From positions 563,656 through 627,655 of the forward strand of contig CBDBHR010000028.1 in the NCBI GenBank assembly GCA_965205865.1: a stretch of DNA of 64,000 nt, written 5' to 3'. The notes under the pieces were generated by a model. That model did not search any database. It had not been told where the DNA came from and saw nothing but the letters and a program-made list of their open reading frames with translations. The position numbers were made by a program, and so were the translations under genes. The number at the start of each line of letters is the position of its first letter. Position 1 is the stretch's first letter. Positions 40,699 to 51,635 of the stretch are shown piece by piece. The stretch comes from a bacterium (lineage in GTDB: Bacteria; SAR324; NAC60-12).

Positions 40699-41145
40699 TC
40701 ACTGCTTGTCAGCATCGAAAATGACATGCTCTTGCCAATCTTGCGCATCCAAATCTTGCTCGGAAACAACTTTGCCCCTCACCGAAATCCCCGCCTTATG
40801 TACGGTATCCGGGGTTCCGGAAACCAAAGGGTGCCACCACTTCAATTCCCGGCCCGTAGCAAGCAAGCGATACGCGCAGGTGGCAGGCATCCACTCGAAT
40901 TGCCGGATGTTCTCCGCATCCAAAATCGCGCAATTGGGCACCAATTGCATACGATTGGGATAGGACTTGCAACGGCATTGTTCCAAATCAAGCAGACGAC
41001 AGGCAATATCGGTATAATAGACATTTCCCATTTGCGCGTCCGAGAATTTATGGACGCAACAACGACCACAACCGTCACACAGAGACTCCCATTCTTCCCT
41101 GTCCATTGCGGCCAGGGATTTGGTTTTCCAAAAAGGTTCACTCAT
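40699..41145 (-). CDS. ycgN: YcgN/UPF0260-family cysteine-cluster protein
   Basis: MSEPFWKTKSLAAMDREEWESLCDGCGRCC...CRCKSYPNR...VPNC...TCAYRL. Confidence 0.65.
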   Translation of the reverse strand: MSEPFWKTKSLAAMDREEWESLCDGCGRCCVHKFSDAQMGNVYYTDIACRLLDLEQCRCKSYPNRMQLVPNCAILDAENIRQFEWMPATCAYRLLATGRELKWWHPLVSGTPDTVHKAGISVRGKVVSEQDLDAQDWQEHVIFDADKQ

Positions 41146-41407
41146 AGAGCCATTATGACGATGTTGAAATAGATTGATTCAGTAGCTGTCCCGGAAGAAT
41201 CACCCTTTCCTTGTGGTGAGGAGTGAAGGGAGGGGCGATTTGCCAGGACGCCCGCCCCTGTCCCTGCCATCGACATAGGGATCTGAATCAGAAGATATTC
41301 AGTACAAATATCAGATTGTTGTTCAATTCACAATTCCCGCATCAGAGCCTGGTAAGAGTGCCATTTCTTTTACTTGCTAAGATATCAACGTAGTAGGTTT
41401 TCATGAT

Positions 41408-41445
41408 GGCGATTCCTGGATTCCTGGTCTTCGCCAGGAATGACA
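41408..41445. repeat. Family-B palindromic element (half unit)
   Basis: ggcgattcctggattcctggtcttcgccaggaatgac. Confidence 0.35.
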
Positions 41446-42580
41446 CACTTGTGGGGAAGCGTATTCATGGAAACTGCTGATTACAAAAAATATACGCGTA
41501 ACATTACCTGGTTAATATGAGATTCCTTTCAATACGCGAAAAAAAGCTTGATAAATATATATTGCACCTATTGTACCTTAGGATTGTTTGGGGAAGAGTA
41601 AATGAGTTGCAGTGAAAAGAATTTCGCTTCCCCGGGAATCTTTTTTCCCTCATCCTTGCGGACGTGTCCTATCAAGAGCTGGCTATCGGTTCCTTCAAAA
41701 GAAATTTGGTGAAGCCGCGGAATCTTATCAAGCCATTCTAGCAACTCTCTCTGTTGATGAACTCGAAACACTAGGAGAAAGACTCATCACTCAATCGACT
41801 TTAGAAGACATTTTTCAAGGGTTTCCCTGGAGTGGCTCTCCACCAAAGCTTTCTTAAATGATCTGTAACAACAAAATAAAATGGATCTCGCAATGAGAAA
41901 AAGAAAGTATTTGACTTCTGGATCTCGCTGTAATATGAAAGATCTTCATTAGAATTTATAAGAATACAGAATTAATGAATCACCGTATTAAAAAAAGCAA
42001 TGACCATCATTTGCAGAACGAATATATTATTATTCCAAGGACGGAAAAACAATTGAGGGAGTCTCCATTTTTATATAAAAAATCTTGATAAAAGGTTAAA
42101 ATGAGAGTAGTATACCGACACCCAACTCCTAGTTCCCAGCACCCAGTTCCCAGTCCTAAATTCTACCCCTTTATGTCATCTCGACAGGGCCGTCGGTGCG
42201 CCGAAGCGACGCCCAGTCCGAAGGGGAGAGATCCTTAAGATTCCTCGTTTCAAATTCCAAATTCCAACCCACCTTCCAAATTCCAGGAAAGAAAGGGCAA
42301 GGGGAAATTTGGAACATCAATCAAGTCAACCGAAAATAAATTGTTATTCCTTCAACTTTCTTATAAGGAGAACCCTATGTATTTTAAGAAATTTGTCGCC
42401 TCCGTCATGGGGCTGACCGTGGCAGACGCTGTGTCTGCCACGAAAATCCGATTCGCCCCAAGGCTGGTGAATCGTTCTCAACACCCTCAATTTAAAGAGG
42501 TTCTTATGAGTATGATAAATAAACTTTTTGCCTCCCTCGTGGGGCGGAACCCGGCAGGCTTCGGGTCTGCTGTACAAAAG

Positions 42581-42626
42581 CTTGTCCTCGCAAACTTGTC
42601 CCCGCGAAAGCGGGGAGCGGGGATGC
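42581..42626. repeat. MITE-A core fragment immediately upstream of the SBP start codon
   Basis: cttgtcctcgcaaacttgtccccgcgaaagcggggagcggggatgc; overlaps the spurious 5' extension of the long ORF. Confidence 0.4.
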
Positions 42627-44368
42627 AATCCTTATTGCTCATCCTCACCCTGATGGTGGCCACATTTTGGGTCAGTTCGGCCGTGGCAGCTGATAAAAAG
42701 ATGGTCAAAGACCCCACCACCGGCAAGATGGTACAAGCACCTGAGTATGGCGGGACATTGACCTACGCCGAGCGGATCGAGCCTCCGGGGACTGACCCCT
42801 ACTCCCAGGGCCACGGACCAAGGGCCGTCGATGCCGTTTCAGAGAAGCTGGCCATCGCGAACTGGGGAATAGACAGGGATGAATTTGGCTTCAACACCAG
42901 GTACGTCCCGCTATCTGCCATGAAACCGAATCTGGCGGAAAGCTGGGAAACGCCTGACCCCACCACGATCGTTATCAACATCCGCAAGGGCGTTCGCTGG
43001 CATAATAAGGCACCAATGAACGGTCGGGAACTGACCGCCCAGGATGTCGAATATAACTTTCATCGTATTACGGGTCTGGGCAGCGGCTTCACCGAACATA
43101 GCCCCTTCGACCCGATGAATGCCGCGTCATGGGAATCGATTACGGCCACCGACGATTCCACGGTTGTTTTCAAGCTAAAGGCGCCTCGCAGCGATGGGCT
43201 GGAGACGATCGTCGCCCACTGGTTTCATTTCATTATGCCCCCCGAGGTCATCGAGCAACATGGCAACGTACAAGATTGGAGGAACCTGGTTGGCACCGGG
43301 CCCTATATGCTGACGGACTGGGTCAAGGGCAGCTCTCTGACCTATACCAGGAATCCGGACTACTGGGGCACCGACGAAAAATACCCAGAGAACCGCTTGC
43401 CCTATATCGACGAGTTACGGCGGGTGATTATGCCCGAACAAGCAACATGGCTGGCGGCACTGCGCTCGGGTAGGCATGATATCACAGGTTTATTCGGCGA
43501 CACTCAATTGGGGGATGTCAACCAGGTAGCGAGCCTCCAACGGAGCAACCCCGAGATCACGTTGTACCCGTGGTACTTTCGCTCGGAGACCTCTGTTACC
43601 TTCAACCTGCGCAACCAGTCGCTCTTCAACGACATCCGCGTGCGCAAAGCCATGCAGATGGCCATTGACCTGGAGACCATCAACAAGACTTACTATAAGG
43701 GTTTTGCCAAGTGGCAACCCCAGGGGATTGTCGGGGATAGTCTGAAGGGGTTTTATGTCCCCTTTGAAGAGTGGCCCGAAGCGGTCAAGCAAGGCTATCG
43801 GTATGACCCGGAAGGGGCGAAGCAGCTTCTGGCTGAAGCGGGCTATCCCAATGGCTTCAAGACCGCCCTTCACCACTTGCTGCGATTTGATGTCGGCTAT
43901 CAGGAAATCGCCGTTGAATACTGGGCACAGGTTGGCGTTGACGTGGAGATTCAGACACATGACAATACTCCGCTTTTAGCGCTTAAACGGGAAGGCAACT
44001 ATGAGGGGATGGTTTCTGCGGTTCTCGGCGTCGACCAGGGGCCCATGCCCATGATGGACTGGATTGCCTCGGGATTTGAAGGTGTGGCCTACCACGGCGG
44101 ACACCAGGACCCGGTGATGGACGCCAAATCGGAAGCCGCCAAAACCGCTGCCACCCCTGAGGAGCAGCAGAGGCTGATTAGAGAGGCAGATATGTACTTG
44201 ATAGAGCAGCAGTGGTTCCTATGGGGTCCCAAAGTTCCATTGTTTAATGCATCCCAGCCATGGATCAAAGGTTACAACGGTGAAGTCGAAATGGGACTGG
44301 CTCGCGCAGCGGCTATCTTCGCCCGCATTTGGATTGACCAGGATCTGAAGAAAGAAATGGGGCATTAG
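42623..44368 (+). CDS. Peptide/nickel ABC transporter substrate-binding protein (family 5), intact
   Basis: Signal peptide MQSLLLILTLMVATFWVSSAVAADKK; SBP_bac_5 pattern; paralog of the pseudogene at 14063-15646. Confidence 0.8.
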   Translation: MQSLLLILTLMVATFWVSSAVAADKKMVKDPTTGKMVQAPEYGGTLTYAERIEPPGTDPYSQGHGPRAVDAVSEKLAIANWGIDRDEFGFNTRYVPLSAMKPNLAESWETPDPTTIVINIRKGVRWHNKAPMNGRELTAQDVEYNFHRITGLGSGFTEHSPFDPMNAASWESITATDDSTVVFKLKAPRSDGLETIVAHWFHFIMPPEVIEQHGNVQDWRNLVGTGPYMLTDWVKGSSLTYTRNPDYWGTDEKYPENRLPYIDELRRVIMPEQATWLAALRSGRHDITGLFGDTQLGDVNQVASLQRSNPEITLYPWYFRSETSVTFNLRNQSLFNDIRVRKAMQMAIDLETINKTYYKGFAKWQPQGIVGDSLKGFYVPFEEWPEAVKQGYRYDPEGAKQLLAEAGYPNGFKTALHHLLRFDVGYQEIAVEYWAQVGVDVEIQTHDNTPLLALKREGNYEGMVSAVLGVDQGPMPMMDWIASGFEGVAYHGGHQDPVMDAKSEAAKTAATPEEQQRLIREADMYLIEQQWFLWGPKVPLFNASQPWIKGYNGEVEMGLARAAAIFARIWIDQDLKKEMGH

Positions 44369-44382
44369 TGCTTGATGGACAA

Positions 44383-44466
44383 GTCCCCCTTTGAAAAAGG
44401 GGGATTTAGGGGGATTTTAAGACTTCATACTCAAATCCCCCCTGGCCCCCCTTTGGTAAAGGGGGG
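44383..44466 (+). terminator. Two C/G-run hairpins between the SBP and permease genes (terminator/attenuator-like)
   Basis: gtccccctttgaaaaagggggat and cccccctttggtaaagggggg. Confidence 0.4.
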
Positions 44467-44481
44467 AAAGAGGAGTATCAT

Positions 44482-45438
44482 ATGAGAGCCTATCTCATCA
44501 GGCGCTTATTGCTGGTCATCCCCACTCTGTTTCTCTTGAGCATCATCGTCTTTCTCTCGGTGCGCTTCATCCCCGGCGACGTCATAGACGCCATGTTGGG
44601 TGAGCTGCATTCTTATGGGGTCGATATAGACCGTGAAACGCTTGAGCGCCGGCTGGGATTAGACGTGCCTACCTGGGTGCAGTATGGACGCTGGATCGGC
44701 GAGATTTTCCGGCACGGCAGCCTGGGCCAATCCCTGTGGCGCCATTGGACGGTAGAGGAGGAGATATTCTCCAGATTGCCGGTCACCATCGAGCTTGGCC
44801 TGCTGGCCATCGTCATCGGGCTCGTGATCGCGCTGCCGGTGGGTATCTACTCGGCGATACGCCAGGATACGCTCGCCGACTACGCGGGGCGCTCCCTGGC
44901 CATCATCGGCTTGGCCACGCCGAACTTCTGGCTGGCCATCATGGTGATGATCTACCCAACCATCTGGTGGGGCTGGACCCCACCGCTGGAATACATCCCT
45001 TTCAGCGAAGACCCGTTGGGGAATCTCTGGGGGTTCTTCATCCCCAGCCTGATTCTGGGGACGGCCTCGGCGGCTGCCACCATGCGCATGATGCGTACCA
45101 TGATGCTGGAGGTGCTGCGGCAGGATTATATCCGCACCGCCTGGTCCAAGGGGCTCCGGGAGCGGGTCGTGATTATCCGGCACACCCTCAAAAATGCCCT
45201 CATCCCGGTGGTGACCCTGATTGGCCTGCAATTGCCGATCCTGGTGGGGGGCGCGGTGATCATGGAGAACATCTTTGCCCTGCCGGGACTCGGCCGTCTC
45301 ATGCTGGATGCCCTGCAAAGCCGTGACTACCCGGTGGTCCAGGGAACCAACCTGTTTTTCGCCACCGGGGTGGTGCTGCTCAATCTCCTCATCGACCTGA
45401 TTTATCCCTATTTGGACCCGAGGGTGAGGTATGAATAG
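44482..45438 (+). CDS. ABC peptide transporter permease (DppB/OppB-like)
   Basis: 318 aa; paralog of 15796-16758. Confidence 0.8.
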   Translation: MRAYLIRRLLLVIPTLFLLSIIVFLSVRFIPGDVIDAMLGELHSYGVDIDRETLERRLGLDVPTWVQYGRWIGEIFRHGSLGQSLWRHWTVEEEIFSRLPVTIELGLLAIVIGLVIALPVGIYSAIRQDTLADYAGRSLAIIGLATPNFWLAIMVMIYPTIWWGWTPPLEYIPFSEDPLGNLWGFFIPSLILGTASAAATMRMMRTMMLEVLRQDYIRTAWSKGLRERVVIIRHTLKNALIPVVTLIGLQLPILVGGAVIMENIFALPGLGRLMLDALQSRDYPVVQGTNLFFATGVVLLNLLIDLIYPYLDPRVRYE

Positions 45439-45486
45439 TCGTTATGCTCCTGGTAAATATAGGTTTGAGATTCGTCTGTCAGAAGA

Positions 45487-45619
45487 AGTCCCGGAGGGAC
45501 GAAAGGAAGTAGCTCGCCAGATCGAAGAAGTGTCGTCCCTCTGGGACTAGCTGAGGAGGAGGGGGGTTCCTTTCCCAGCAATGAATCGCTGGGCTATTCC
45601 CTTTCGTCCCTCCGGGACT
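45487..45619. repeat. Nested inverted-repeat structure (~133 bp) in the permease B-C intergenic region
   Basis: agtcccggagggacgaaagg ... cctttcgtccctccgggact, a perfect 20-bp inverted repeat, plus an inner hairpin cccagcaatgaatcgctggg. Confidence 0.4.
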
Positions 45620-45641
45620 GTATTATAGAAAAATCGAGAAC

Positions 45642-46613
45642 ATGAACAACACTCATGAAACACCATTAACAATCAGCGAGCCCAAGCGACGGGGCCGGTT
45701 TGCGGATTTCTTCATCAGGCTGTGGCAGGAGAAGCCCCTGGGTACTGCCTGCGGGATTCTCATCTTGATCTTGATTGTCGTCGCTCTCTTTTCCGAGGGT
45801 CTGGCGCCTTATCCCTATCGGGAAATACACCTGGCCGACATCATGCAAACCCCATCCGCCCAGTATCTCCTGGGGACCGACCACCTGGGGCGAGACTTGT
45901 TGAGCCGCCTTCTCTACGGGGCTCGTATTTCGATAATGGTCGGTTTGGCCGCGACGGCACTCAATGTGATCGTCGCTGTCCTGATTGGCGGCACTTCCGG
46001 ATTCCTTGGGGGGAAAGTGGACCTGGCTGCGCAACGTTTTGTCGATGCCTGGATGGCTTTCCCGGGACTGCTGCTCTTGTTAACTATCATGTCCATCGTG
46101 GGACAAGGGCTCCTTCAGATCATCGTGGTGCTGGGGATCGCCGGAGGTATCGGCGGTTCCCGAGTCATCCGCAGCGCCGTGATTGGTGTCAAAGAGAATG
46201 ACTATTTTCTGGCCGCCCGGGCCGTAGGCACTTCCACGACCAAAATCCTCTTACGGCATGTGCTGCCCAATATTATGGCGCCGATCATCATCATCTTCTC
46301 GATCAACATTGGCGGGGTCATCATTGCCGAAGCCTCGTTGAGCTTCCTCGGATTCGGGCTGCCCGTCAAGGTTCCCAGCTGGGGAGGGATGCTCAGCCGG
46401 GAAGGACGCCAGTACATGGAGCAGGCGCCCCGGCTGGCACTCTGGCCAGGGCTTTGTCTGACGATTGTCGTCTACTCCCTCAACATGTTCGGCGACGCCA
46501 TGCGGGACCTGCTCGATCCCCGGCTGCGGGGCGGGCAGGGCAGTTACGGCGCCGCGAAGATGAAACGTAAAAGAGGATTCCTGGCCAGGTTTATTTCTCC
46601 TTTCAATCATTAG
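45642..46613 (+). CDS. ABC peptide transporter permease (DppC/OppC-like)
   Basis: 323 aa; the intact reference for the pseudogene at 25606-26510. Confidence 0.8.
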   Translation: MNNTHETPLTISEPKRRGRFADFFIRLWQEKPLGTACGILILILIVVALFSEGLAPYPYREIHLADIMQTPSAQYLLGTDHLGRDLLSRLLYGARISIMVGLAATALNVIVAVLIGGTSGFLGGKVDLAAQRFVDAWMAFPGLLLLLTIMSIVGQGLLQIIVVLGIAGGIGGSRVIRSAVIGVKENDYFLAARAVGTSTTKILLRHVLPNIMAPIIIIFSINIGGVIIAEASLSFLGFGLPVKVPSWGGMLSREGRQYMEQAPRLALWPGLCLTIVVYSLNMFGDAMRDLLDPRLRGGQGSYGAAKMKRKRGFLARFISPFNH

Positions 46614-46681
46614 AAACCACCGCCAGCGGAAGAATTTCCAAGAGGCTGCCGTAATCGTTGCTATTGAAGGTCGATTTTCCA

Positions 46682-47464
46682 TTAGCTCCGGGGAGACTTT
46701 GCTTCCGCGGCGGCTTGTAATTCTTCAGAGACGTCGCGTGCTTGCGTAGGACGGAGGCGAATCTCCTCGACCACGGTCCTTGCGGGCATGGTGGCGCAGA
46801 GGTAAATCGCCTGCGCAATGTCTTCCGGCATCATCATCGTCGAACGGGCTTCCGCATCCGGAGGCAGCGGCCGATTGTTCAGGATAGGCGTATCGACTTC
46901 GGCCGGGATGATGGTACATGCGCGGATTCCCCTGGCATTCAATTCGACGTTGGTATGATACATCAGGTTGTGAGACGCTGCTTTGGCTGAACTATATGCC
47001 GCTCCTCCCAACAGACCCGGACGTATCGAAGCATAAGAAGAAACTGTAATCACCACTCCGCCTCCTTGTTCGATCATGGGGTTCACGCACGCTTGCGTCA
47101 AACGGTAGACGCCTTCGACATTGACTTTGTAGACACTCTGCCACTCGACTTCACGGAGGTATCGAATGGAACGCGCTTTAGATCCATGTCCGGCATTGTT
47201 GACCAGGATGTCGACGCGGCCAAACTCGGCAACAGTCCAGTCTCCCAATTCGGCGGCGGCATTCCCGTCTTCCAGATCGGTTGCTCGCGCCACGGCATGA
47301 CCACCTGCCTGCTTCACTTGGGTGGCCACCTCCTCCAGCGGTCGCAAACGTCGCCCGGCCAAGACAACTATGGCTCCTTCCCTTGCAAAGATGATGGCGG
47401 TTTCCTTACCAATTCCTGTCCCACCACCCGTAACGATGGCAACTTTTCCTTCCAGTGTTTTCAT
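46682..47464 (-). CDS. SDR-family oxidoreductase
   Basis: GKVAIVTGGGTGIGK... Rossmann motif; YxxxK. Confidence 0.75.
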   Translation of the reverse strand: MKTLEGKVAIVTGGGTGIGKETAIIFAREGAIVVLAGRRLRPLEEVATQVKQAGGHAVARATDLEDGNAAAELGDWTVAEFGRVDILVNNAGHGSKARSIRYLREVEWQSVYKVNVEGVYRLTQACVNPMIEQGGGVVITVSSYASIRPGLLGGAAYSSAKAASHNLMYHTNVELNARGIRACTIIPAEVDTPILNNRPLPPDAEARSTMMMPEDIAQAIYLCATMPARTVVEEIRLRPTQARDVSEELQAAAEAKSPRS

Positions 47465-47542
47465 TTGCGATCCTCCTATAACAATACTTCTAACAGTTTT
47501 AGAAACGGAAAAAACTAATTGAGGCTTTCTCAGTGTTTCTAA

Positions 47543-47617
47543 TGTCATTCCTGGCTTGACCAGGAATCCAGAGTATTTGCTGATGAACTTCTGGATGCCT
47601 GATCAAGTCAGGCATGA
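47543..47617. repeat. Family-B palindromic element
   Basis: gtcattcctggcttgaccaggaatcc ... gatgcctgatcaagtcaggcatgac. Confidence 0.45.
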
Positions 47618-48198
47618 CGCAGTCATCGGGATTGCTTGAATTATTTCAAACTGAGAAACTGACTCAGAGGTGTAAATAATTCAGATACTTTTTCTAAGTA
47701 TTTGAAATGATTTATTTTCAGTTTATTAAGAATTAAAAAAAATGTCAGAACCATTGCTATAAAAAATACGGATAATTTGGTAAAAGGCTGAAGAAAAAAG
47801 ATATGTCATCTCGAACTTGTTGCGGGATACAAGAAGCAGTTAGCGAGGCATTCCCCTGAATTCCCGATAGAGTCGACCTTGACAAAAATAAAAATATCAC
47901 GGGTTACTATTTGATAACAGATCCTTGGGGATTGTGGAAATCAACCATTTGAGATAAAATCAAAACGTATTGTCAAAGTAAAACAAGAATCATGAATGAC
48001 AAGCACTGCCATTCTTTTTCCGTGCCAAAATGAAAATTGTTCAAGTTTTTCAAAAAGTCCGAATTAAAGCCGGTCGAGATCTACATGGGGATGCTCATAA
48101 CGCTCTTTGGTGAACGGGAAACCGTTGGAGAGCAAGCACAGGGTTTTAAGACGCAGCCGGTCTGACACCAGAAAAAAAGAAAAGCGACGAATACTGCC

Positions 48199-49077
48199 AT
48201 GCTGTTACGATCTCTACTTTTTGTCCCTGCAACCAATGAAAAATTGCTGGAGAGCGCGCTTCGGCGTAAGGCTGACGCGATCCAGCTCGATTTGGAAGAT
48301 GCCATTCCGCAGAGCGAAAAAGAGGCGGCTCGCCAAGCGGCGGCCCGGGCAATCGGGAAAATACGGGGGCGTTGTCCTTATGTCGTGGTACGCATCAATG
48401 CGCCGCTGCGATTGGCGTTGCCGGACCTTGAAACGATAATGGGTCCCGGCCTGGATGCCATTACGATCCCAAAAGTTCCCCACGCGCACTTTCTACGACT
48501 TTTGGATGAAACAATTGGAGAATTGGAAGCGGAACGTGGTCTGCCGCCGGGGGGCGTGCGTTTGATCGCCACGATTGAAAACGCGGAAGGGTTGATTCAC
48601 GTCAATGAAATTGCAACCGCAACTCCTCGTCTATTGGCACTGATAGTCGGCACCGAAGATCTTTCCGCCTCATTGGGGACGCAACCTCTTCCCGATGCCA
48701 TGTATGTCCCGCATATCCTGGCCTTGGTTGCCGCCCGCCAGGCTGGTATCATTCCATTGGGATACCTGGGGTCCATTGCCGTTTATAACGACAAGGAAAC
48801 CTATCGGGAATGGGTCGGTCGCGCCGCCCTGCTTGGTTTTGAAGGAGCTTTCTGCATCCATCCCAATCAAGTCGAGATCTGTAACGAGGTCTTCCAACCC
48901 TCTGCAGACGAGATTGCCAAAGCCCGCCGATTGGTCGACGCCTACGAAAAACACCTCGCTTCCGGTGTGGGTGTCTTTGTCGATGAGGGCCAAATGGTAG
49001 ATAATCCCGTGATCAAACGCGCCCGCGCCGTCCTTGACAAAGCGGACGCGATTCAGGGACGATCCCTGAACCCATGA
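48199..49077 (+). CDS. HpcH/HpaI aldolase / CitE-like CoA-ester lyase family protein
   Basis: RSLLFVPATNEKLLESALRRKADAIQLDLEDAIP... matches the CitE/HpcH pattern. Confidence 0.65.
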   Translation: MLLRSLLFVPATNEKLLESALRRKADAIQLDLEDAIPQSEKEAARQAAARAIGKIRGRCPYVVVRINAPLRLALPDLETIMGPGLDAITIPKVPHAHFLRLLDETIGELEAERGLPPGGVRLIATIENAEGLIHVNEIATATPRLLALIVGTEDLSASLGTQPLPDAMYVPHILALVAARQAGIIPLGYLGSIAVYNDKETYREWVGRAALLGFEGAFCIHPNQVEICNEVFQPSADEIAKARRLVDAYEKHLASGVGVFVDEGQMVDNPVIKRARAVLDKADAIQGRSLNP

Positions 49078-49114
49078 GTCTCTTCAATATCTTGAAACTG
49101 CCGGTTGCCAAAAC

Positions 49115-50749
49115 TCACTTAGAGACATTTTTTTCGACTTTGGAAATGGCCTCCACCAGGGCAGGTCGACCTTCTCGATTGGCGGCTTCTGCCCGCTTGA
49201 ACGCAGGAGCCAGACCACCCGGCGTGGCCACCCGCTCGCTATGGACTCCCAACCCTTCTGCGATTTTAGAATAATTGCCCCCCAATTCGTTGCTCCTGTA
49301 GCGTTTGGTAGCCTCTGGCAAATGGTGATCATAATTGGTCATCACCGAGTTGTTGAGCACCACAGTCAGGATGGGAATTTCGGAGCGCACGGCGGTTTCG
49401 AGATCCAAGCCCGACATGCCGAATGCGGCATCTCCCATGATGTTGATCACCTGCTTCTCAGGAGCCGCCAATTTGGCGCCGATTGACAGGCCCAGTCCAT
49501 AACCCAACTGGGTGGATTTACCCCAACCAATGTAGCCACGGGGAGAAACGGGTTTCCACATAGGCAGCAACTGATCGCGAGGATAACCGGAATCATGTGT
49601 GATGATGGTGTTGGCCGGGTCAAAGGAATTTGCCAGTTCTCGAAACACGCGGTAAGGGTTGATGGGGATTTCGTCGGAGGCATGGCGGGATTCCCACTCC
49701 GCATCAAATTCATCACGAACGGAAGCAACACGATTTGCGACACCCTGGCCATCTCCGCGCACCCTCGGACCATCCTGTCGCTGATATTCTTCGATCATTT
49801 GCTGAAGCGCCAGGCGAATTTCTCCGACCGCGCCAAACTCGACTTCGTAATCTTTACCGATATCTTCCGCACAGTTGCTCACCTGAGCAAGAACAATACC
49901 TTCAGGCATTGGGGTCGTGAAGGTGTTCCGGGTGAAACTGGTTCCGACTCCCATGCTGAAATCCGTAGATTCCAGAAAGCGTCGCACCATCAAAGTACGC
50001 GACAGTCCTCCTGTTCCCAAAGCCAGAGGATGATTTTCCGGAAAAGCGCTTTTGCCGGCCAAGGTGGTCATGACAGGCAGTTGAGCCAACTCTGCAAAGG
50101 CGACCAATTCGGCCGTTGCTTGCGAATACAGCACCCCTTGCCCGGCAACGATGACGGGAGAGGAAGCTTTCAACAAGGCCGTTATCAGTTCCCGCACATC
50201 TTCCTTGGAGGCGAGGGATTCTCGACGTCGAACAATTTTGTATTCCTCGACATTTCCCGGATAATCCAATCCCATCACGTCCCCGGGCATCTCTAACATC
50301 ACTGGTCCGGGGTGACCTTGTTTCATCTGTATTAATGCGCGTCGTAACATGTGCGGAATGTCTTCAACCTTGTTGATCTGGGCAGCCCATTTGGTAACGT
50401 ATTGAAAATTTCGACGGGCCTCGAAAGTCGGAGACACTCCCTGTCGAGACAAAGGCTCTCCTCCCGCCAAAATCAGCATAGGGACCGAGTCGGCATATGC
50501 TTGGGCCACGCCGGCGAAGCAATTCTCCGCCCCCGGCCCTTGCTGCATACTAAACACCCCAAACCTGCGTCCATTCGAAATACGACTGAAACCGTCCGCG
50601 ATATTGACTCCGCTGCGTTCCTGACGACAAATGATGGGCCTAATACCAATGTGGGCGCAGGCTTCGATGAGAGGTTGGGCAGGAAAGGCGGAGAGGAACT
50701 CCACTCCTTCGATCTGCAATATTCTTGCTAATGCTTCATATCCATTCAT
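49115..50749 (-). CDS. Thiamine-pyrophosphate-dependent enzyme (acetolactate-synthase-like large-subunit family)
   Basis: MNGYEALARILQIEGVEFLSAFP... N-terminal Pyr domain; GDAAFGMSGLDLETAV... C-terminal PP-binding motif (GDG/A-x24-N). Confidence 0.7.
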   Translation of the reverse strand: MNGYEALARILQIEGVEFLSAFPAQPLIEACAHIGIRPIICRQERSGVNIADGFSRISNGRRFGVFSMQQGPGAENCFAGVAQAYADSVPMLILAGGEPLSRQGVSPTFEARRNFQYVTKWAAQINKVEDIPHMLRRALIQMKQGHPGPVMLEMPGDVMGLDYPGNVEEYKIVRRRESLASKEDVRELITALLKASSPVIVAGQGVLYSQATAELVAFAELAQLPVMTTLAGKSAFPENHPLALGTGGLSRTLMVRRFLESTDFSMGVGTSFTRNTFTTPMPEGIVLAQVSNCAEDIGKDYEVEFGAVGEIRLALQQMIEEYQRQDGPRVRGDGQGVANRVASVRDEFDAEWESRHASDEIPINPYRVFRELANSFDPANTIITHDSGYPRDQLLPMWKPVSPRGYIGWGKSTQLGYGLGLSIGAKLAAPEKQVINIMGDAAFGMSGLDLETAVRSEIPILTVVLNNSVMTNYDHHLPEATKRYRSNELGGNYSKIAEGLGVHSERVATPGGLAPAFKRAEAANREGRPALVEAISKVEKNVSK

Positions 50750-50774
50750 AGTTGATACCTCATTGCTTATCGAT

Positions 50775-51623
50775 TCAGTAAAGAATTTGTTGATTGGAAA
50801 GGCTTCCGCCACCGACTCGATCTTCAATGCTGGCCCCACGGTACTCCTTGATTTCCAGAGCGCTGAAGGCGTTGATGATCATGTATTGCGTGGGTAGGTC
50901 CTCCCAGCGAGCCCTATGGAATTTTATGGTGCCATCTCCTCGATACAAAGATTGTGGAGGCGTTGGATTTGTCGATGCCGGAGATAACACCGCATAAGCA
51001 ACATCTTCCTTGCCCCATTCCCCAGTCCGGGGCATGTATTTATAATGGATTTGTCCTCTCAGTGTTCCGTCGACTGGAGGCCGAGCGGGTGTAGGAAGGT
51101 CCGCGGCGTTTACCTCTTTCATGTTGTTAAGCTTGATATCGAGAAAACGGAACCCCATCCAACTGGCAGCGCAATGGATTTCTCCGTTGTAAACGACGGG
51201 TTCCGGCAATTCACAATAGATTTTGGAAAAACCCAGTTGTTCGCGGCCTGTGAGGATTGGATCGGTCAGGTTTTCCCAAAGCACCGTCAAAAAAGGGCCA
51301 CTGGCGCGGTCTTTTTTGCCTTGGTAGACCACCGGAAAAGTGACGCCAAGAAGATTATAGCCACGCCCTGCCAGCCAATCGATCTCCTTCATGTAGGTTT
51401 CACTGACCGTCACCACCGGTTCTCCCGACAATTCGAATCCTGGTGGTAAAAAATCTTTCAATTGCTCCGCATTGGTAAGAAAACTGACTGAGACGCTTTT
51501 AGACTTGCGTTGGTCCTGTTCAAAAGCAAACTTCTTGCCACCCGGACCTTGCCTTGGTCCGGACATGGGACCGAAATGGGTCGGCATCATGTACATCAAT
51601 TCCTGATTCAAGGGATATGTCAT
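50775..51623 (-). CDS. Acetoacetate-decarboxylase (ADC) family protein
   Basis: 282 aa; ILTGREQLGFSKIYCEL resembles the ADC-family GRE-x-GFPK region; weak call. Confidence 0.45.
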   Translation of the reverse strand: MTYPLNQELMYMMPTHFGPMSGPRQGPGGKKFAFEQDQRKSKSVSVSFLTNAEQLKDFLPPGFELSGEPVVTVSETYMKEIDWLAGRGYNLLGVTFPVVYQGKKDRASGPFLTVLWENLTDPILTGREQLGFSKIYCELPEPVVYNGEIHCAASWMGFRFLDIKLNNMKEVNAADLPTPARPPVDGTLRGQIHYKYMPRTGEWGKEDVAYAVLSPASTNPTPPQSLYRGDGTIKFHRARWEDLPTQYMIINAFSALEIKEYRGASIEDRVGGGSLSNQQILY

Positions 51624-51635
51624 TTTTTTTCTCCT

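Noticed and set aside
42341-42622. Long N-terminal extension of the SBP ORF (the track gives 675 aa starting at 42341)
   Set aside because: The extension is AT-rich and low-complexity, and it contains the MITE-A core (42581-42626). A signal peptide begins at the internal Met (42623). The paralog alignment does not cover the extension.
44659-45326. 219-aa minus-strand and 196-aa plus-strand alternative-frame ORFs
   Set aside because: They overlap the DppB-like permease, whose frame is supported by paralogy with 15796-16758.
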